From Bispira polyomma (Eukaryota), in NCBI GenBank assembly GCA_965649765.1, contig OZ287749.1:51522001-51586000 (forward strand): a DNA stretch of 64,000 nt, given 5' to 3'. Below, piece after piece: positions 61,388-64,000 of the stretch. Below the pieces are notes generated by a model. That model was not told where the DNA came from, ran no database searches, and was given only the letters and a program-made list of their open reading frames with translations. The translations under genes were made by a program, and so were the position numbers. The stretch's first letter is position 1; each line of letters begins with the position of its first letter.

Positions 61388-62089
61388 TGTGTGTTTACTG
61401 GTCCCAGGTATCTGGAACCCATAACCGAGGAATTTCCTTCAGGAGTGTTTTACTGACCCTACCTATGTAGAATCAATACCTAGGAATTTTATAGGATCAA
61501 TCTGGTGTGTTTTACGGACCTCAGTTATCTGGAACCATTACCCCTGAATTTCCTTCAGTACAAAGGAACAATGTAGTGGGTTTTAGACCAGATATCTGAA
61601 AGCATTACCCAGGAATTTCCGTTAGTTCAGAGGAATACTATTGTGCATATTTTACTGACCCTACCTATCTGAAACCATTACCGAGGAATTTCATTCAGTA
61701 TACAAAAGAATACTGTGTTAAGCGTTTTACTGACCCTATCTGACACTATTATTCCTAAATTTCCTTCAGTACACTGTAATAATGTGATGTGTGTTTTAGT
61801 GACCGTATCTATCTGAAAACAATTACCCTCAATTTGCTACAGTATAAAGGAATACTGGTGTGGGTTTTACAGACCATACCCATCCGAAAACCATTACCCT
61901 AAATTTCCTTCAGTACAAAGGAATACTGGCATGGGTTTTACAGACCATACCCATCCGAAAACCATTACCCTAAATTTCCCACAGTACACAGGAATAATGT
62001 GGCGTGTGTTTTACTTACCCCAGCTATTTCAAACCATAACCTTGAAACTTCCCTGAATGCTCAGGCATACTGTGGGGTTTGTTTTACTG
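61388..62089. repeat. Diverged ~70-bp tandem repeat, ~10 units
   Basis: GTTTTACTGACCC..TATCTGAAACCATTACCC..AATTTCCTTCAGTACAAAGGAATACTG; units at 61864 and 61935 are nearly identical. Confidence 0.9.
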
Positions 62090-62188
62090 TTTATACACAT
62101 AAAACAAATACTGTTCTTTCAGTAGTGAAATAATTAAAACAAGCACGCATTCTGCAAATTGGAATGAGGGTAGAAAAACATAAATTAA

Positions 62189-63946
62189 CTAGACCTAGCG
62201 CATCAGAAAACTGATGCATATTTGTATCCACCAGAAAGACGGCACCCTAGGTAGGAAACACCTAAGCTATGACTACCCTCGTCTGACCTTGAAGGAGGGG
62301 CCCAAGGTCAAACCCGACCACATCAGAAGATTCTCAGTCCATGATTACCTATAAGTTGGTTTCACATTGGAAACCTGTAGGACCAATAACTAGACCTTGT
62401 GCATCGGACAACCGATGCATATTTGCATCCACCAGAAAGACAAAGCACCCTAGGTAGCAAGCACCCTAGCTAGCACCCCAGCTAGGAGCCTATGATTTCC
62501 TATAGGGCATTTATGCTAAAGCCTTAAATCGCACAAGTGGGTTTCACATTGCAAACATGTGGGATAGGCACTTTAAAGTTTGGCCTACCTGTTTGACCTT
62601 GCACAAGGGATCCAAGGTCAAATCTGACCACAGCAAAAGATTCGCAGACCTTGATTTCATACAGGTTGGTTTCACATTTGAAACCTGTGGGACCAATAAT
62701 AGGCGAGATAAAGGCACTTTTAAGTTTGACCATCGGCATTTGACCTTGAACGAGGGGCCCAAGATCAAATCTAAGTATATGAAAAGATTCCCAGCCCATG
62801 ATTTTCTATAGATTGGTTTGGCACTCCAAACCAATAATAAGCGAGATAGAGGCAGTTTTAGGTTTGGCCATCCCTGTTTGACCTTGAAGGAGAGGGCCAA
62901 GGTCAAATGTGAGCACTTCAAAAGATTCCCTGCTTATGATTTCCTATAGGTTGGTTTCAGATCCCAAACCTGTAGGACCAATATAAGGCGAGATATAGGC
63001 ACTAGGGAAAATTTGGTGAAAATCGGTCACTTGGGGTACTTTGGCAGTAGTTTTCCCAGGAGAGCGTAACGGTAAAATCTCTGCACACATTGACGCGTCG
63101 GCGGCGGAATGATGACTAATCCATAGTATCGACCGGAGTTACTGCTTCGGTGGATACAATAAGCGAGTCATAAGCACTTTCAAGTTTGGCTATTGTCATT
63201 TGACCTTGGAGGAGGGGCCCAAGGTCAAACCTGACCACATCAGAAGACTCCCAGCCCATTATTTCCTATAGGCTGGTTTTACATCTCAAAACTGTAGGCC
63301 CAATAATAATAGAGTTATAAGCACTTTTAAGTTTAATTACCCTCGTCTGACCTTGATGGAGGGGCCCAAGGTCAAACCTGACCACATCAGAAGACTCCCA
63401 GCACATTATTTCCTATAGGCTGGTTTTACATCTCAAAACTGTTGGCCCAATAATAATAGAGTTATAAGCACTTTTAAGTTTAACTACCCTCGTCTGAGCT
63501 TGATGGAGGGGTCCAAGGTCAAACCTGACCACATCAAAAGATTTCTAGCCCATGATTTTCCATCAGTAGGCTTAACATGCCCAACCTCTAGGACCAATAA
63601 TAAGGGAGATATAGGCACTTTTAAAGTTTGCTATGTGGGGTACTTTGGCATTCCGTGGATGACCTTGAATGAAGAGCTTTAAGGTCCTATGTCTGCATGC
63701 TTGCAGAGGACATATATATCTGTATACATATCATCTATGAATAGATTTAACCTTCTAGTTACGAGAACCAGCCAGTAGAAAAAGGTGGATAATTTTCAAA
63801 GAAATGCCAATCCTAATTTTAGTCGCAGAGAAGCTTACCTCCCAATGAAGATATCCTGCAAATTTCGTGAAGCAAGCTGGTCTAGTTTTTGCTTAGTCTC
63901 TCGGCAGCGTACACTAAACCAAAGTATCCACCGGATCGGTGGATAC
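62189..63946 (-). mobile_element. Helentron-type non-autonomous element (outer copy) with ~147-bp internal tandem repeats
   Basis: Element 5' hairpin/subTIR GTATCCACCG-gat-CGGTGGATAC (63924-63946); 3' subTIR at 62224-62232; hairpin GCATCAG-aaaa-CTGATGC; terminal CTAG; TT-type flanks; repeats carry TGACCTTG...CAAGGTCA palindromes. Confidence 0.8.
62390..63157 (-). mobile_element. Helentron-type non-autonomous element (inner copy nested in the outer copy)
   Basis: Own CTAG end, hairpin TGCATCGG-acaa-CCGATGCA, subTIRs GCATCCACC / GGTGGATAC; splits an outer repeat unit ACCAATAA|AATAAGCGAG. Confidence 0.85.
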
Positions 63947-64000
63947 AATTATGATGCTTTATTGATATTGGAATAATCAACAGAGTTAACATAAGGAATT

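Noticed and set aside
62524-63682. ORFs of 60-125 aa in the terminal repeat region
   Set aside because: Translations of HINE internal repeats; no Rep/helicase motifs.
1-64000. Species assignment
   Set aside because: Gene and repeat content suggest a marine invertebrate, but nothing in the window is diagnostic.

Overview
AT-rich animal (probably marine invertebrate) genomic DNA with spliceosomal introns. (1) 729-9477: a decayed, intron-rich Gypsy-integrase-type (Ginger-like) transposase with DD35E core, GPY/F module, Ulp1/C48 protease and PHD finger. It has at least 12 exons in the window and 4 frameshifts, is followed by a ~198-bp satellite, and has a candidate right terminus at 15753. (2) Two tandem DGAT2/MOGAT acyltransferase paralogues that differ by one intron. 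(3) A secretory cluster: a signal peptide-2x trefoil-trypsin zymogen (+), an intronless galactose-3-O-sulfotransferase (-), and a signal peptide-3x Kunitz-PAN/Apple inhibitor (-). The trefoil-protease and Kunitz-PAN architectures and their convergent pairing are the most novel-looking items. (4) Many small mobile elements: tRNA-SINEs, Harbinger-type and Tc1/pogo-type MITEs, nested Helentron-type non-autonomous elements and an L2-like LINE end. All gene models were spliced by hand from GT/AG sites and phase; none is confirmed by transcripts or database searches.
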